In this document: positions 11,051 to 25,004 of the stretch, one piece after another | Position numbering within the stretch: the stretch's first letter is position 1 | Layout of the letters: each line of letters begins with the position of its first letter | Assembly: GCF_006345805.1 (NCBI RefSeq) | Contig: NC_042998.1 | Span: forward strand, 25,544,001 to 25,608,000 | Source of the DNA: Octopus sinensis | Taxonomy: Eukaryota | Direction of reading: 5' to 3' | DNA length: 64,000 nt | Program-made: the position numbers and the translations under genes | The notes under the pieces: generated by a model | Seen by the model: only the letters and a program-made list of their open reading frames with translations | What the model was told of the DNA's origin: nothing | Databases searched by the model: none

Positions 11051-11434
11051 AAATTATCAATAGGGATCATGTATCACAGAAATGTCATGATGTAATGTGT
11101 AAAGGGGGAAAGCAGATAAGGTTTATCCATGGAAAGAAAAGCCCACGGAAAAGGCCATGGTAACCTCGGTCAATAATGTTACATGTTACCACATCTGTTT
11201 GCAAGTAGGTAACCCTCGTTTTATATATAGAAAAATTGATGTATGCGTGTGTGAGCACTAACGTGAGTTAAAGTTGATATTCCATGCTTATAACTGCTTC
11301 AGCCAATCAGGGATGATGTCATGTAGGACAGTTCTTCTCAAACTATCTGATGTAGTATGGTGGTAATTTTTTTTCCCCAATGTACCAGGGACCGGTAATA
11401 TTTCTTGGTAACATTAATTTATACCAGAAACAAT

Positions 11435-11690
11435 ATATATAATTTTTTCGTTTTTGGATTTGGTTTGTAAGATTCTTTACATGAGTTTGTGTGTTGAAGC
11501 ATATTCTGTTGTGTCTGGGGAGAGTCATTTTCTTTTGGTGCCCTATAATTTAACACACTCACCGGTAAAATTTCCACTTATAAAAATAAAAATAAAAATA
11601 AGAAATAAGTGGAAATTTTACCAGTGAATGTGTTAAATTATAAGGCACAAAAAGAAAATGACTCTCCCCAGACACAACAGAATATATATA
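11435..11690. repeat. Family G, palindromic copy (81-bp arms, 23-bp spacer)
   Basis: Arms 11501-11581 and 11605-11685 are near-perfect reverse complements. Confidence 0.8.
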
Positions 11691-11934
11691 ATGAATATAG
11701 TAAAAGTTGACAATTTTTTTTATCGTATATATTTATTTTGTAAACAAATAATACAATATTACATAAGAATTATGTAAGCATTTTATTAGCATTTCATAAT
11801 GTTTCTTTCTTTTCTGGAAACTCACCACATACTGACAGCTGATGGCTCACAGACCGGCACCGGTCTGCAGACCACCACCTTGAGTAGCACTGATGTAGGG
11901 AAAGGATGGTATTCTTTTATTATTTTTGTTATTT

Positions 11935-12085
11935 TTGGTTCTTTGTTTTTTTTTCCTTTTTTTCCTTTTTTTACGATCCCTTTTGATCGAAAACTTAACC
12001 CCCAATTTTTTTCTCCCCAAAAAGAAAAGATCTACTTTGTAATTTGTCCCCTCTGTGTTCAGCCCTGTCTGGCTAATAAAGAAAC
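11935..12085 (+). repeat. Family F copy
   Basis: CTACTTTGTAATTTGTCCCCTCTGTGTTCAGCCCTGTCTGGCTAATAAAGAAAC. Confidence 0.65.
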
Positions 12086-12096
12086 ATTCTTTTATT

Positions 12097-12445
12097 CTTT
12101 CATTTTTTTACTTGTTTCAGTAATTTGACTGCAGCCATGCTGGAGCACAGCCTTTAGTTGAGCAAATCAATCCCAGGGCTTATTCATTATAAGCCTAGTA
12201 TTTATTCTATCGGTCTCTTTTGGCAAACTGCTAAGTTACAGGAATGTAAACACACTAGCATCGGTTATCAAGTGATGGGGGGGGGACAAACACAGACACA
12301 AACACAGACACATACACACACATATTTATATATATGATGGGCTTCTTTCAGTTTCCGTCTACCAAATCCACTCACAAGGCTATGGTCAGCCTGAGGCTAT
12401 AGTAGGTGAGCACACAGTGGGACTGAATCCAGTAATCATAGAGTG
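12097..12445 (-). mobile_element. SINE-A
   Basis: Family motifs on the minus strand. Confidence 0.8.
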
Positions 12446-12454
12446 ATATGGACT

Positions 12455-12632
12455 TGATCACCATCATCATCCTCGTCGTCGTCGTCATCATCATCATTTA
12501 ATATCCATTTTCCATGCAAGCATGGGTTGAATGGCCTAACAGGAACTGGCAAGGCCAGGGGCTGCACCAGATCCCATTGTCTGTTTTGGCTTAGTTTTTA
12601 TGGCTGGATGCCCTTCCTAATGCCAACCACCT
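12455..12632 (-). mobile_element. SINE-C 3' part
   Basis: (CAT)n start; GGATGCCCTTCCTAATGCCAACC. Confidence 0.7.
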
Positions 12633-12842
12633 TACATACAAACACTACTTTCTCTGCTAACCTTCTTACTATTCCACTGTACCTCTTGTGAACCCATAGC
12701 TTGCATTGGAGACAATGAATGGAATTTCTGTCTACACCCTTCTTACATATTGAACAAGGCCATTTACTAGAAAAATGAAGGGTCCTGTCTAATTTCTTGC
12801 TTACTAGGATCTTGGTCTTTAAGTTTACTTTAAGACCCTTTC

Positions 12843-12907
12843 AAATAATAATAATAATAATAATAATAGTAATAATAATAATAATGATGATGATGATGAC
12901 GATGATG

Positions 12908-12955
<48 letters not shown>

Positions 12956-12996
12956 TAATAATAATAATATATAATAATAATAATAATAATAATAAC
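12843..12996. repeat. (TAA)n microsatellite
   Basis: Direct inspection. Confidence 0.95.
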
Positions 12997-12999
12997 AAT

Positions 13000-13205
13000 T
13001 ATTTGTTTTTTAGAAGTACGTGGAACAAATTGGGGGTGCAATAAGGGTGGAGCACTTGCAGAAAACAGCACTGTTTGGAACCGCTTGAATACTCTGGAAG
13101 GTGCTCGAAAAATAAGGGGTATTATCTTAGTTCACTGGTAGTGAACAGCTAGCACCGTAGTACATCTCCAGCATTAGAAGTTGTGCAAAGGCACTGATGA
13201 TGATA
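13000..13205 (+). mobile_element. R4/Dong-like 3' fragment (subfamily C) directly after (TAA)n
   Basis: Translates KYVEQIGGAIRVEHLQKTALFGTA*ILWKVLEK*, similar to the QKIALLGTAHILRRTL C-terminus of the other copies. Confidence 0.6.
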
Positions 13206-13214
13206 ATTTTTTCC

Positions 13215-13630
13215 ACGAGAAAGACACAAGTTCTGAAATTTCAGGGAGAAGCTAGTCAGTCATATAGACCCCAGTGCTCAACTGGTTCTTGTTTTCTCTT
13301 CTCTGAAAGAATGAATAAATGGTAAGGTCATCCGAGGTGGAATTCAAACTCAGTGTGTAAGGCCAGAAGAAATGTTGCTAAGAATTTTGTCCAGAGTGCT
13401 AACAATTCCACCAGCTCACCACCTTTCAATAATAATTCCTTCTACTATAAGCACAAGGCCTGCAATTTTGTGGGATGGAAACTTGTTGATTACATTCATC
13501 CCAGGGCTTCATTGGTCCTCATTTCATCCACCCTAAAAGAAAGAAGATCAAAATCAACTTTGGAGGAATTTGAACTCAGAACTATCATTAAGCATTCCAT
13601 CCAGTGCACTAACTATCCTGCCATCTTTCT
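13215..13630 (-). mobile_element. Two tandem degenerate SINE-B2 copies
   Basis: GGAATT.AAACTCAG and GAATTTGAACTCAGA cores. Confidence 0.6.
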
Positions 13631-13997
13631 GCCTTATCCATTTCCACCAATAATAATAATTGCTTGAATTAATTAAGTGTCAACGAAAATGAGGAATCAT
13701 GTAAGTAAGAGATTTTATGGAAAATGTCAACATCAGTTGTAAACGTGCAATGAGTGATTTTACAGCCTGTGTAACATTGTTTCATTTATGGACAAGGAGA
13801 AAAGGTAAAGTTAACACCGCTTGACATCGTTTTATGACTCAAAGGCAAAGCCTATAAATTTCAGTTCATCCAGAATGAACGTTTTCCGAATATAAGAAGA
13901 GGGTGTTTTAATTTAATGTTCAGATATTTATTATTAAGTTCACTTTTCTGAATTGATTGGCTCTCTTCAACCTCTGAAATCTCCCTAGATAACTCTA

Positions 13998-14106
13998 TAC
14001 ATAAATGTATGTATGTTTGATATACATGCATACACACGTCCATGTGTGTGTATGTCTGTGTCTGTGGTATACATATATAGATATATATGTGTGTATGTAT
14101 ATATAT

Positions 14107-14164
<58 letters not shown>

Positions 14165-14215
14165 GTATGTATGTATGTATGTATATATATACATATACAT
14201 GTATGTATGTATGTA

Positions 14216-14254
<39 letters not shown>

Positions 14255-14600
14255 GTATATGTATGTATGTATATATATACATATACATGTATGTATGTAT
14301 GTATGTATGTATGTATGTATGTAGTATGTATGTATGTATATATATATATATATGTATGTATGTATGTATGCATATATACATACATATTTATATATATATA
14401 TATTATATATGTATGTATGTATATATATATACATATACATGTATGTATGTATGTATATATATACACATATATATATATGTATGTATATATATACATATAT
14501 ATATATATGTATATATGTAAATATATACATATATATATATATTTGTATGCATGTATGTATATATATGTGTGTGTGTGTGTATGTGTGTATGCATGTGTGT
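13998..14600. repeat. Compound (TA)n/(TATG)n microsatellite
   Basis: Direct inspection; source of many spurious Y/I/M-rich ORFs. Confidence 0.95.
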
Positions 14601-14859
14601 GTATGTGCCTTTCCAGAGAATTTGTGGTTATAAAGTAGTTTTATTGCTTCTTGAATAACTTATGCGAATGGGCACTTGTGGATAACATGTGTGTTGAAGT
14701 TGACTACTTAATCCTTATCTTATGGGCTTAAAAATGGTGGGTTAACAGAAATGGTGAATGGAAGGACTTAAATCTTTAATCTTTAGTTTTATCTCTAAGC
14801 AGCTGGGTTTTGAGTTTAATCGTTATTCCTGTGATTTTGAATTTAAAAAAATATCTACA

Positions 14860-15001
14860 CGCATGGAGTGGTTGGTGTTAGGAAGGGCATCCAGCTGTAG
14901 AAACACTGCCAGATCAGACTGGAGCCTGGTGCAACCTCCTGGCTTCCCAGACCCCGGTCGAACCATCCAACCCATGCTACTATGGAAAACGGACGTTAAA
15001 C

Positions 15002-15032
<31 letters not shown>

Positions 15033-15192
15033 ATGATGATGATGGTGGTGGTGATGGTGGTGGTGGTGGTGGTGGTGGTGGTGGTGGTGGTGGTGGTGGT
15101 TTTGGTGGTGGTGGTGGTGGTGGTGGTGGTGGTGGTGATGATGATGATGATGGTGATGGTGATGGTGATGGTAATGGTGGTGATGATGGTGG

Positions 15193-15234
<42 letters not shown>
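14860..15234 (+). mobile_element. SINE-C 3' part with expanded (GAT)n/(GGT)n tail
   Basis: Family motif followed by tail 15001-15234. Confidence 0.8.
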
Positions 15235-15236
<2 letters not shown>

Positions 15237-16119
15237 GGTCAGACAGAAGAACTGAATCAGTTGACTTCTCCATTCCTTTCTGTAGTTTTGTGTCAATATA
15301 AGTCATCACTGTTTTATAAGCATGCGCGATGTCTCTGCTCAACTATCTGTAGAGTAATGAACATGTATTAATGTAAGAAAAGGAATGGGACTCTTAATTA
15401 GCAAATATTTTGTCAACTCACTATTGACAGATGTGAGTGCATCAAGGTTTAGTCCTCAATCGTCTCCTATTCATTATAGTCCTATAAAACCGACACAGAG
15501 GACGCTGATGATCTAGTTCTCATAGCCAAATCCATAGTGGAATTAGAGAGGAAATTCTAGGTGTGCTCTTTTCAATCCCTTTGTCTCACTCTTTAACGAC
15601 ACATTAGAGCAAAAAGCTACTCCCCACTTTACTGCAGGTCCTCTTAGTTGAAGGGAATTTTATTTCTTTACTACCCACAAGGGGCTAAACATAGAGAGGA
15701 CAAACAAGGACGGACAAAGGATTAAGTCGATTGCATCGACCCCAGTGCGTAAGTGGTACTTAATTTATCGACCCCGAAAGGATGAAAGGCAAAGTCGGCC
15801 CCAGCGGAATTTGAACTCAGAACATAATGGCAGCCGAAATACTGCTAAGCATTTTGCCTGGCGTGCTAACATTTCTACCAGCTCGCCGCCTTGAAAGGAA
15901 TCTTAGTCTTGTGAGATTCACAATGACCTCACTAGTGCTGGTTCTAGGGAAAAAAAACACTAATTACATGCTGTAAAGTAGATGGTGTTAGGAAGGCATC
16001 AAGCCATAGAAACCACACCAATGCAAATACTGGAGGATGGTGTAGTTTTTGTATCCACCAGATCCTTTCAAACCATCCAACCCATGCCAATATGGGATGT
16101 GAATTTCAAATGATGATGG

Positions 16120-16163
<44 letters not shown>

Positions 16164-17040
16164 GGTCAGACAGAAGAACTGAATCAGTTGACTTCTCCAT
16201 TCCTTTCTGTAGTTTTGTGTCAATATAAGTCATCACTGTTTTATAAGCATGCGCGATGTCTCTGCTCAACTATCTGTAGAGTAATGAACATGTATTAATG
16301 TAAGAAAAGGAATGGGACTCTTAATTAGCAAATATTTTGTCAACTCACTATTGACAGATGTGAGTGCATCAAGGTTTAGTCCTCAATCGTCTCCTATTCA
16401 TTATAGTCCTATAAAACCGACACAGAGGACGCTGATGATCTAGTTCTCATAGCCAAATCCATAGTGGAATTAGAGAGGAAATTCTAGGTGTGCTCTTTTC
16501 AATCCCTTTGTCTCACTCTTTAACGACACATTAGAGCAAAAAGCTACTCCCCACTTTACTGCAGGTCCTCTTAGTTGAAGGGAATTTTATTTCTTTACTA
16601 CCCACAAGGGGCTAAACATAGAGAGGACAAACAAGGACGGACAAAGGGATTAAGTCGATTGCATCGACCCCAGTGCGTAAGTGGTACTTAATTTATCGAC
16701 CCCGAAAGGATGAAAGGCAAAGTCGGCCCCAGCGGAATTTGAACTCAGAACATAATGGCAGCCGAAATACTGCTAAGCATTTTGCCTGGCGTGCTAACAT
16801 TTCTACCAGCTCGCCGCCTTGAAAGGAATCTTAGTCTTGTGAGATTCACAATGACCTCACTAGTGCTGGTTCTAGGGGAAAAAAACACTAATTTCATGCT
16901 GTAAAGTAGATGGTGTTAGGAAGGCATCAAGCCATAGAAACCACACCAATGCAAATACTGGAGGATGGTGTAGTTTTTGTATCCACCAGATCCTTTCAAA
17001 CCATCCAACCCATGCCAATATGGGATGTGAATTTCAAATG
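15234..17040. repeat. 927-bp tandem duplication, each unit containing a SINE-B (15660-15893; 16587-16821) and a degenerate SINE-C
   Basis: ATTGGTCAGACAG at 15234 and 16161; units differ at only a few positions, mostly homopolymer length. Confidence 0.92.
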
Positions 17041-17769
17041 ATGATGGTGATGATGATGATGATGATGAGGAGGAGGAGGAGGAGGAGAAGGATTGTGGTG
17101 GTTGTGATGATGATGATGATGATGATGATGATAGTGGTGATGGTGGTGGTGGTGGTGGTGGTGGTGGTGGTGGTGGTGGTGGTGATGATGATGATGATGG
17201 TGATGATGATTATGATGATGGTGGTGGAGGTGGTGGTGATGATGATGATGATGATCACAAGGCTAAGCACAAATCCATCTTTAGGCTGCTAGAGAAGAGA
17301 TGGAAATACATGTTGCAAGTTATATGTGTGTGTGTGTGTGTAAAGACATATCAAACAGCCTGCTTTAAAAGCTCACTTTGTATAATGAAAAGAATCTTGA
17401 AACACTAATATCTTACAAATAGAAGCAAATTGGAAATGTGGTCAGAGTATTGAAGAACCACCTTGAACATTACAAGTTGAAATACACATGTATTTGTGAA
17501 GTAGCTTTCATTCAACATGCCACAGTTTATCTAGCAGTTGAGAATTAGTACCAAACTTCTGGGAATGATACCTGAAATAAACCAGCATCCTATCTAAAAG
17601 ATTAGTTTTCCTTTCATCCTTTCATCTGCTTAATGGCCCTTAATAGCTCTTTGGAGGCTGAGAAGATATTTACTTTTTTCATTTAATATCTTATAAATAA
17701 TTATCAAAGCAGATCCTTGATATCCTACTCGCTTTTATGCAGAGCTTGTTATTGCTCTCTTCAAAAATA

Positions 17770-18144
17770 CGTGGCTTCCGTGTCGGTGGCACGTAAAAAT
17801 CACCAACCGATCGTGGCCGTTGCCAGCCTCCCCTGGCACCTGTGCCAGTAGCACATAAAAAGCACCATCCATACATAGTCGATGCCAGCACCTCCTTGAC
17901 TGGTTTCCGTGCCGGTGGCATGTAAAAAGCACCAACCGATCGTGGCCATTGCCAGCCTCTCCTGGCACCTGTGCCGGTGGCACGTAAAAAGCACTCACTA
18001 CACTCATGGAGTGGTTGGCGTTATGAAGGGCATCCAGCTGTAGAAACACTGCCAGCTCAGACTGTAGCCTGGTGCAGGCTCCTGGCTTCCCAGACTCTGG
18101 TCGAACTGTCCAACCCATGCTAGCATGGAAAATGGACGTTAAAC

Positions 18145-18205
<61 letters not shown>
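17770..18205 (+). mobile_element. SINE-C, long form
   Basis: Four GGCACGTAAAAAGCAC-type subrepeats plus (GAT)n tail. Confidence 0.8.
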
Positions 18206-18206
<1 letters not shown>

Positions 18207-19346
18207 AAGACAGGTAAATTAGAAAATCTGCTCATAAATCCAAATAAGCCAGTAAAAATGGTAGAATTAGTAGAGCATCAGACGAAATACCTTGTGGTAT
18301 TTGTTCTAATTCTTTGTTTTGAGTTCAAATCCTTCCTGAGTCTACTTTGCTTTTGCTGTATTTGTCCAGCTACTTTATGCAATGAATGACCAAATATACA
18401 CAGTGACCTTGTCTATAGCTAGCCAACATGATGGAAATTGTGAAAAAACACCCAAAGGATGATAAGAGGAAGCCACCTTTGTATTATCATATAATAACTT
18501 CATGATACACACAGAGGAAATCACCAGAAGTCTTTCATTGACCTAATGGTGCAAAGAAGGAAATTCAATATCATTGAAAACTGATACAGACTGATATGAT
18601 TGAAGGGGCAGGATTAGTGAAAGAAGAAAAGAAAGAAAGAAGATATCAGTGATTGCTAAAAATTGAAGTCAGTGCCAAGAGATATATGTCATCCAGCTTA
18701 TACGAGTTGACATGCTGACTCCTATATAAATATGCAGCCTATAAATATTAACGAGAGAGAGAGGGGGAGAAGAAGAGGGGGGAGAAGAAGAGGGAGAGAG
18801 AGCGAATGAGAGTAATGTAACAATACTTGAAAGAAAAAAGAAAACACGAAATTATGATCAATATCAAATATAAAGACAAAAAAAAATGATAATTAACGTT
18901 GAAATTAGATTTTATAACTGATTATCATTCTAGCCAAAAACAGGGGAAATGAGTTAGTCCTAAACTATTAAGTGACAAGAAAAATAGATCTCTTCTGGTG
19001 ATCTCTGCCATAAACTGTTATAATTTATAATGTAAATGGAAAGAGAAAGAGTGGAGCAAAGTAATATGTTATATGTAAAGTGTTGTTGGGTGTGGAGACA
19101 GTATTGATTAAACATTACTTAAAACTGAAATAGAATTCTCTGTTCTTTTAAATGTATATTTTAATTTTTATTAGACATAAATAAATGATTGTGTTTTTGT
19201 TTGTTTTGTCTCCCCCACCCCCGCTTCTGCCCTGAATTAACTAGATATTCCTTCTTCCACAAAAATACTATTGTGGATCTCTGTTATTCAATGTTGAGGA
19301 TTCACTTGTTCAAACAACTGAGTTATCTGCTCTTGGTTCATTAATA

Positions 19347-19520
19347 CTGTAACCCCTCAACTATCATGAGTGTTACATTCCAAAACCCACCATGATAGGT
19401 GAAAATCCGCAAAGTAGAAACTGCACTGTATTGTATATACTTTTTTATTATTTTCATAATTTGTATACATTTATTTTATTATAAATGCAAAGCAACACCA
19501 CACACTCGCCTCCAAAGTTT
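19347..19520 (+). mobile_element. Possible pogo/Tigger-type terminal fragment
   Basis: TA|CTGTAACCCCTC...CCCACCATGATAGGTGAAAATCCGCAAAGTAG resembles a CpG-decayed Tigger-type end; recognised from memory only. Confidence 0.35.
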
Positions 19521-19539
19521 CACTTTCCATACAGTATGT

Positions 19540-19956
19540 AAGGGTACACTAGGCACATGCATCACAACCATATGTGAGCGACATGATGATCTCATATCAA
19601 AATAAACAGCGCATGACCTTGCAGGTGGGGCCCACTTAGAATTTTCTTCTGGTTGAGTAGCCCATCTCAATCAAAAGGTCCTAAATAAGGATTGTTTAAG
19701 GATGTTGAACAAACCACCCATGCTTCCAGAGGTGAATTATTCAAACCCCAAAGAATCCCTCTCAACACATGGCTATAATGCTTCCCCACTACTTCTTCTC
19801 ATGATCAGCAATGCACATATCATCAGCCACTAAGGGACATGGTCAACTGGTTAAGGTCAAACAACTGACAAGCAAATCTGTGGTATTGAGCAGAATATTT
19901 ACTGTAGCCCATCTTTTATATCAAGACAAAACAATGTACATGATAACACTTCCAAT
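19540..19956 (-). mobile_element. Family I (TAA-associated non-coding retroposon end)
   Basis: Reverse-complement homology to 25005-25351; (TAA)n 19955-20265 lies upstream on its strand. Confidence 0.7.
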
Positions 19957-19964
19957 CATTATTA

Positions 19965-20011
<47 letters not shown>

Positions 20012-20058
20012 GTTGTTGTTATTATTATTATTATTATTTATTATTATTATTGTTATTA

Positions 20059-20091
<33 letters not shown>

Positions 20092-20195
20092 GTTATTATT
20101 ATTTATTATTATTATTATTATTTATTATTATTATTATTATTATTTATTATTATTATTATCATCATTATTATTATTATTTATTATTATTATTATCA

Positions 20196-20233
<38 letters not shown>

Positions 20234-20265
20234 TGTTGTTGTTGTTGTTATTATTATTATTAAAT
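19955..20265. repeat. (TTA)n microsatellite
   Basis: Direct inspection. Confidence 0.95.
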
Positions 20266-23200
20266 AATATAGATATTATTATAAAACATTATGGATTATC
20301 ATATTTTAATAATAGATATTGTAATAGCTATTATTTCTTTCATGATTGCACTTCAAGAGGCAAGGTCGAATAAATGTACAATCTACTCAAGTCGTTTTCT
20401 AAGGTGCCACTTAGCAAGACAACTAAAACAAAACTCTTCTCTTCTCATTTTTGGCATATTTTCCAGTCCACATATTTGAATGAAACAGGCATTTTCTATA
20501 TATATAATCCAGTTCTGGGCAGAAACATGTGCAGAATTAAAATTAATTATTACCATAACTCAAGTGATTGTAGCACTGTTTATCTGCACTTCAAGAATTT
20601 CCACCTCTTTTGGTAGGTAGAATAAGTAAACTTTATGTGAAAGCCTTCTGCTACATCATTGCTGCTAATTTCTTGGTGATAAGATATAGAACAGAGTGAA
20701 AATAGCCTGAAAGCCAATAGGAATTTTTTTCTTTCTTCACTTAATGAAATCAGAAGAGAATTTCAGGGAACAGTTGATTCGGTGAATATCTATAAAAAGA
20801 ATATTTGTAAGTATTTATTCCTACCACTTCTCCGCAAATGCAATGCATGAAAAAAAATGAAAAACTGACAAGCCCTATGTTTAACACATTTAAAGTAGAT
20901 TTCTTCAAATCAGTTTTAAATGTTTGATACTAATGTAGCTAAATACAATACTTTCTTCACCAAATATTTTTTTCTTTTTATATAACTTATGTTGGGGTGT
21001 TCTGTGTTATTTAATAGCTTTTAAATAATTCTTTAGAAAGGAATTTCAAATATTTCAGACTCCTTTAGAATGTTAAAATATTTTGCTGTCTAAATCCTAC
21101 CTGAAGTGAATATGTAATTTTGAATGTGTGCAGATTTAATTAATTAAATTTTTTTCTTTATCTTTGGGTTTTGTTTATCTTTTTTTATTTTTGCTGCAGT
21201 TAGACATTTGTTATATTTTGTGCTAACACCATTAAAGGAAGATTTTTGTTCAGAAGATAATTTAAAACAAAGGAAAGAAAAAAAAATGATAGAAGGAAAA
21301 AAATTGTAAGCCACGCATTATGATTTTGAAATCAAATGCAGTCTTTGAAGGAATTGAAGTAAAATTCATGAGGAGTAAAATCGTAATTTAATAAAGGTAG
21401 AGAAATTCTCAAAGGAAATTTTATGCTACAAATATTTTACAAACTGAATTCTTCATAATAAAATAACAGAACAAACCACTTTCAGCAGTTTGAATTCAAA
21501 CCTAAATTGTTTATGCTGTAACTGTAAAAGCTTTAGTGCATTGCTTTGTCCATGAACCTTGTAATACTGCCAAGATGTCCCTGCTTACCGTTTGATGTAG
21601 CAAGCTAAGATGTTTTTATAAATTAAAATTACACACTCAGTTATAAGAAGAATCATTTCTTAAATTACTAATTCGGGCAAATAAAAGTAAGCAAGAAGAG
21701 ATAACATCTAAATTTTAATAAATTAAAATTAATTAAATATGAAATGTAGTGGAGAGCAAGACATATTAAGCAGTACGGTGAAAATTACGTACATGGTTGG
21801 ATGGTAATTAAACCTCTTCAGTAAAGCACTGTCTATCCGTTACAGTAGATCTTAAAATGACATAGGAGCCTGATTATTTTAGCTCCATCTATTTGCATAA
21901 AATGACTAATACAAAAATTAAATCTATAATTGCTCCTAACTTGTATGTTTATTTATACCTGATAATTCTCTAAGATATGTAATTAATAAAGGTTACAGGC
22001 TATATGAATTAAAAATATTAGAAATGAAAGAAAGTTATTATCCAGTTTATAGCAGTAATAAATGCTACACACAGCACAGAATGTTATGAGCAATTGAAGC
22101 CTATTTATTAGGCAAAGAATTTTTATCAACTATCAAACAAAATATGTGATTATTTATGTCTGATAATGGTTCATAAATATCAGCAAGATCAATTTATGGA
22201 AAATTCTTGGCTACAATCCAGTTGATTCTTTGAATATAGTCTTTCAATGGTAATAACATCAATGGCATTTGTCTTTCATGGATAATTTTTCAGCAGAAAA
22301 ACAAACCAAAGCTAATTAGTGTCATATAAAAATTGAAGGGTTCTCTATGATTTAAGATAGCTTCTTTAGTAGCCGATCTAATAATAAACGAAAGAGAGAG
22401 AGTTTAGCATATTTTAGTAATGAATTATTAGTCTTAAGAATTGAAAACACATCAGTCACCATTACATATTTCAGTCAATTTAAATAATACCACACAAGTT
22501 CATGTATTATTATCATTAATGCCAATTTTATAATGTAATGAATCTTTCTCTTCAGTATCAAGCAAATTAATTACTTGGTAGTTGATGGTGACAAGGAAGA
22601 ATTCTTAATATATCTCACCATCTTTAACTAAATCGCTTGATATCATTATAAGATCTTTGACACATTCAATATATATAATTTAAAGTTGCAGCACAGACTG
22701 ATCTCCATATTCATCAGAAGTAACTATGCTTCCTTTAAGCATAGAATTCTGATGATGTATTCACAATTCTATTATCAGCAATAATTGAGTCCTTCAGGTA
22801 GTAGAAATTCAACAATTCTTTGTATAACCTGGCTTGCCAAAATGGAAGTTAGAATTATTTGTTAGCTTGCCAATAATTTGACATGATAGTTCATGTAGCT
22901 CTCAGTACATAATTATGATTGTTTCTCCTCATTTCTAAAAAAAATTTTGGTTCCAAGGACATTATAAATGCACTAATATTATTACTAAAATATTCCATAT
23001 CATTTTTAATGAATCTTTTATTCAAATGTTTGGTATTCATTTAATTAGACATCTCTTCTCTTCATATCAGACCTACATCCAAATGTTATTTTTAGATAAA
23101 TAAACAGTAAAGTAAGCATTACGAAACTAGCAGTTAAATAATATTATTTTCACAACATTCGGATATTTTCTATTGCCTTACATTTGTGACGAATGGTCTT

Positions 23201-23379
23201 CATACATTTCCTTGTTGATTTTGTTTTTCTTTTTCTTTTTTATCAAACTCAAGGTTGTCTAAATTTTAGAATAATTGCTATAGACAACAAAACTGAAATT
23301 TTAAGTACCAAAGGAATGGATTCCAACATATTTCCCAGAAAATATCATCAATAATAAATGGGAACAGAAATACATACAT

Positions 23380-23476
23380 ACATACACACATACATACATA
23401 CATACATATATATTTTTATTTATTCTTTTTTTATCTAGTCTCAGCTCACGAGCTGTGACCATGCTGGGGCACCGGC

Positions 23477-23532
<56 letters not shown>

Positions 23533-23541
23533 CATACATAT

Positions 23542-23611
<70 letters not shown>

Positions 23612-23651
23612 AACACGCACACACACACATATATATATACATACATATCTG

Positions 23652-23702
<51 letters not shown>

Positions 23703-23715
23703 TATATATATATAC
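23380..23715. repeat. (TA)n/(CA)n microsatellite complex with a short SINE-A-like tail fragment
   Basis: Direct inspection; GCTGTGACCATGCTGGGGCACC resembles the SINE-A tail. Confidence 0.8.
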
Positions 23716-24207
23716 TAAATTTTCTCACATGTAGAAAACGATCTTTATAAAAATATCATTATTTCAGAACAGCAGCTGCAATGGAGACTTTTTCTAATGA
23801 CTCATACTTTGAATGTTCTTCTAAAATGTATTCTGTCCAAGCAAGCATAAAAAAAGCCTACAATTTGAGTTATTTTTATGCAATCTGATTAACTATTTGC
23901 AGTACTAGCTATCAAGAAATGTTTTCCAATTTGATCATAAATAAAATACATTCCTTCAATGAAAATCAGATAATTGCTTAATAATTGAGTTTCTTTACTC
24001 TTCCTTGCTCATTTTTAAAAAAATATAATTGGCTGACTAAAGGGAATCAAAGATTTCAGCGAATCGATTCCACATTTCTTTTAGACAGATTCAAACAAAT
24101 TTTTCAACACATTTTTTTTTTCTCTACCAAGATTTTAAAACCATTATTTTTGTAAGCAATGGTGTTCTATTTTAACAATGAAAAGTATTCTTGAGTTTCA
24201 AAAACAA

Positions 24208-24208
24208 C

Positions 24209-24282
<74 letters not shown>

Positions 24283-24286
24283 GATG

Positions 24287-24339
<53 letters not shown>

Positions 24340-24351
24340 AATAATGATATG

Positions 24352-24388
<37 letters not shown>

Positions 24389-24472
24389 TAATAATAATAT
24401 GATAATGATAATAATATAATAATATAATAATATAATAATGATAATGATATAATAATAATGATAATAATAATA

Positions 24473-24509
<37 letters not shown>
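24208..24509. repeat. (TAA)n/(TGA)n microsatellite
   Basis: Direct inspection. Confidence 0.95.
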
Positions 24510-24512
<3 letters not shown>

Positions 24513-24983
24513 GAGAAAGCAACCATACTCTGGGATATGCCGATACACACAGATAGAGAAATTAAGGCCAACAGACCAGATATAGTTGTCAGAGATCATG
24601 AAGAAAAAAATGCTTTCTAATTGATGTATCAATACCGGCTGATGACAACGTGTCTCTAAAAGAAATGGAGAAACTCTCAAAATACAAAAACCTGGAAATA
24701 GAGGTAACTAGAATGTGGAATCTGAAAACAGAAACAATTCCTATCATAGTAGGTGCATTAGGCATGATAAAAAATATTCAGACAAATACATAACAAAAAC
24801 ACCAGGACTTACAAACATATAACATACAGAAAATTGCACTACTAGGCACTGCACACATCCTACGCAGAACACTTTCCATACAATAACCATCAGAGCATCA
24901 CAACAAATCACAGCACATACCCAAGGCACACAGAGCTGTGCTCGGTAGTGAAGTGAAAGCACGCTATAAAAATAAGACTACTG
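24510..24983 (+). mobile_element. R4/Dong-clade 3' fragment (subfamily A)
   Basis: EKATILWDMPIHTDREIKANRPDIVV RLE motif; near-identical to the reverse complement of 26387-26862; TAA tail. Confidence 0.9.
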
Positions 24984-25004
24984 AATAATAATAATAATAA
25001 TATA

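Noticed and set aside
13861-15371. Many 100-200-aa ORFs rich in Y/I/M/H/V/P
   Set aside because: Translations of (TA)n, (TATG)n, (GAT)n and (GGT)n microsatellites; the same applies at 19811-20373, 23301-24680, 33665-34031, 41113-41567 and 61128-61932.
21199-21310. Possible exon with polypyrimidine-CAG acceptor and GTAAG donor
   Set aside because: The open frame gives a low-information K/E-rich peptide with no recognisable homology or partner exons; it cannot be supported without RNA-seq.
22150-23060. Coding-like minus-strand stretches (also 34200-34680, 58800-59180 and 63200-63990)
   Set aside because: Partial translations look vaguely protein-like but have many stops and no motif I can name; TBLASTX would be needed.
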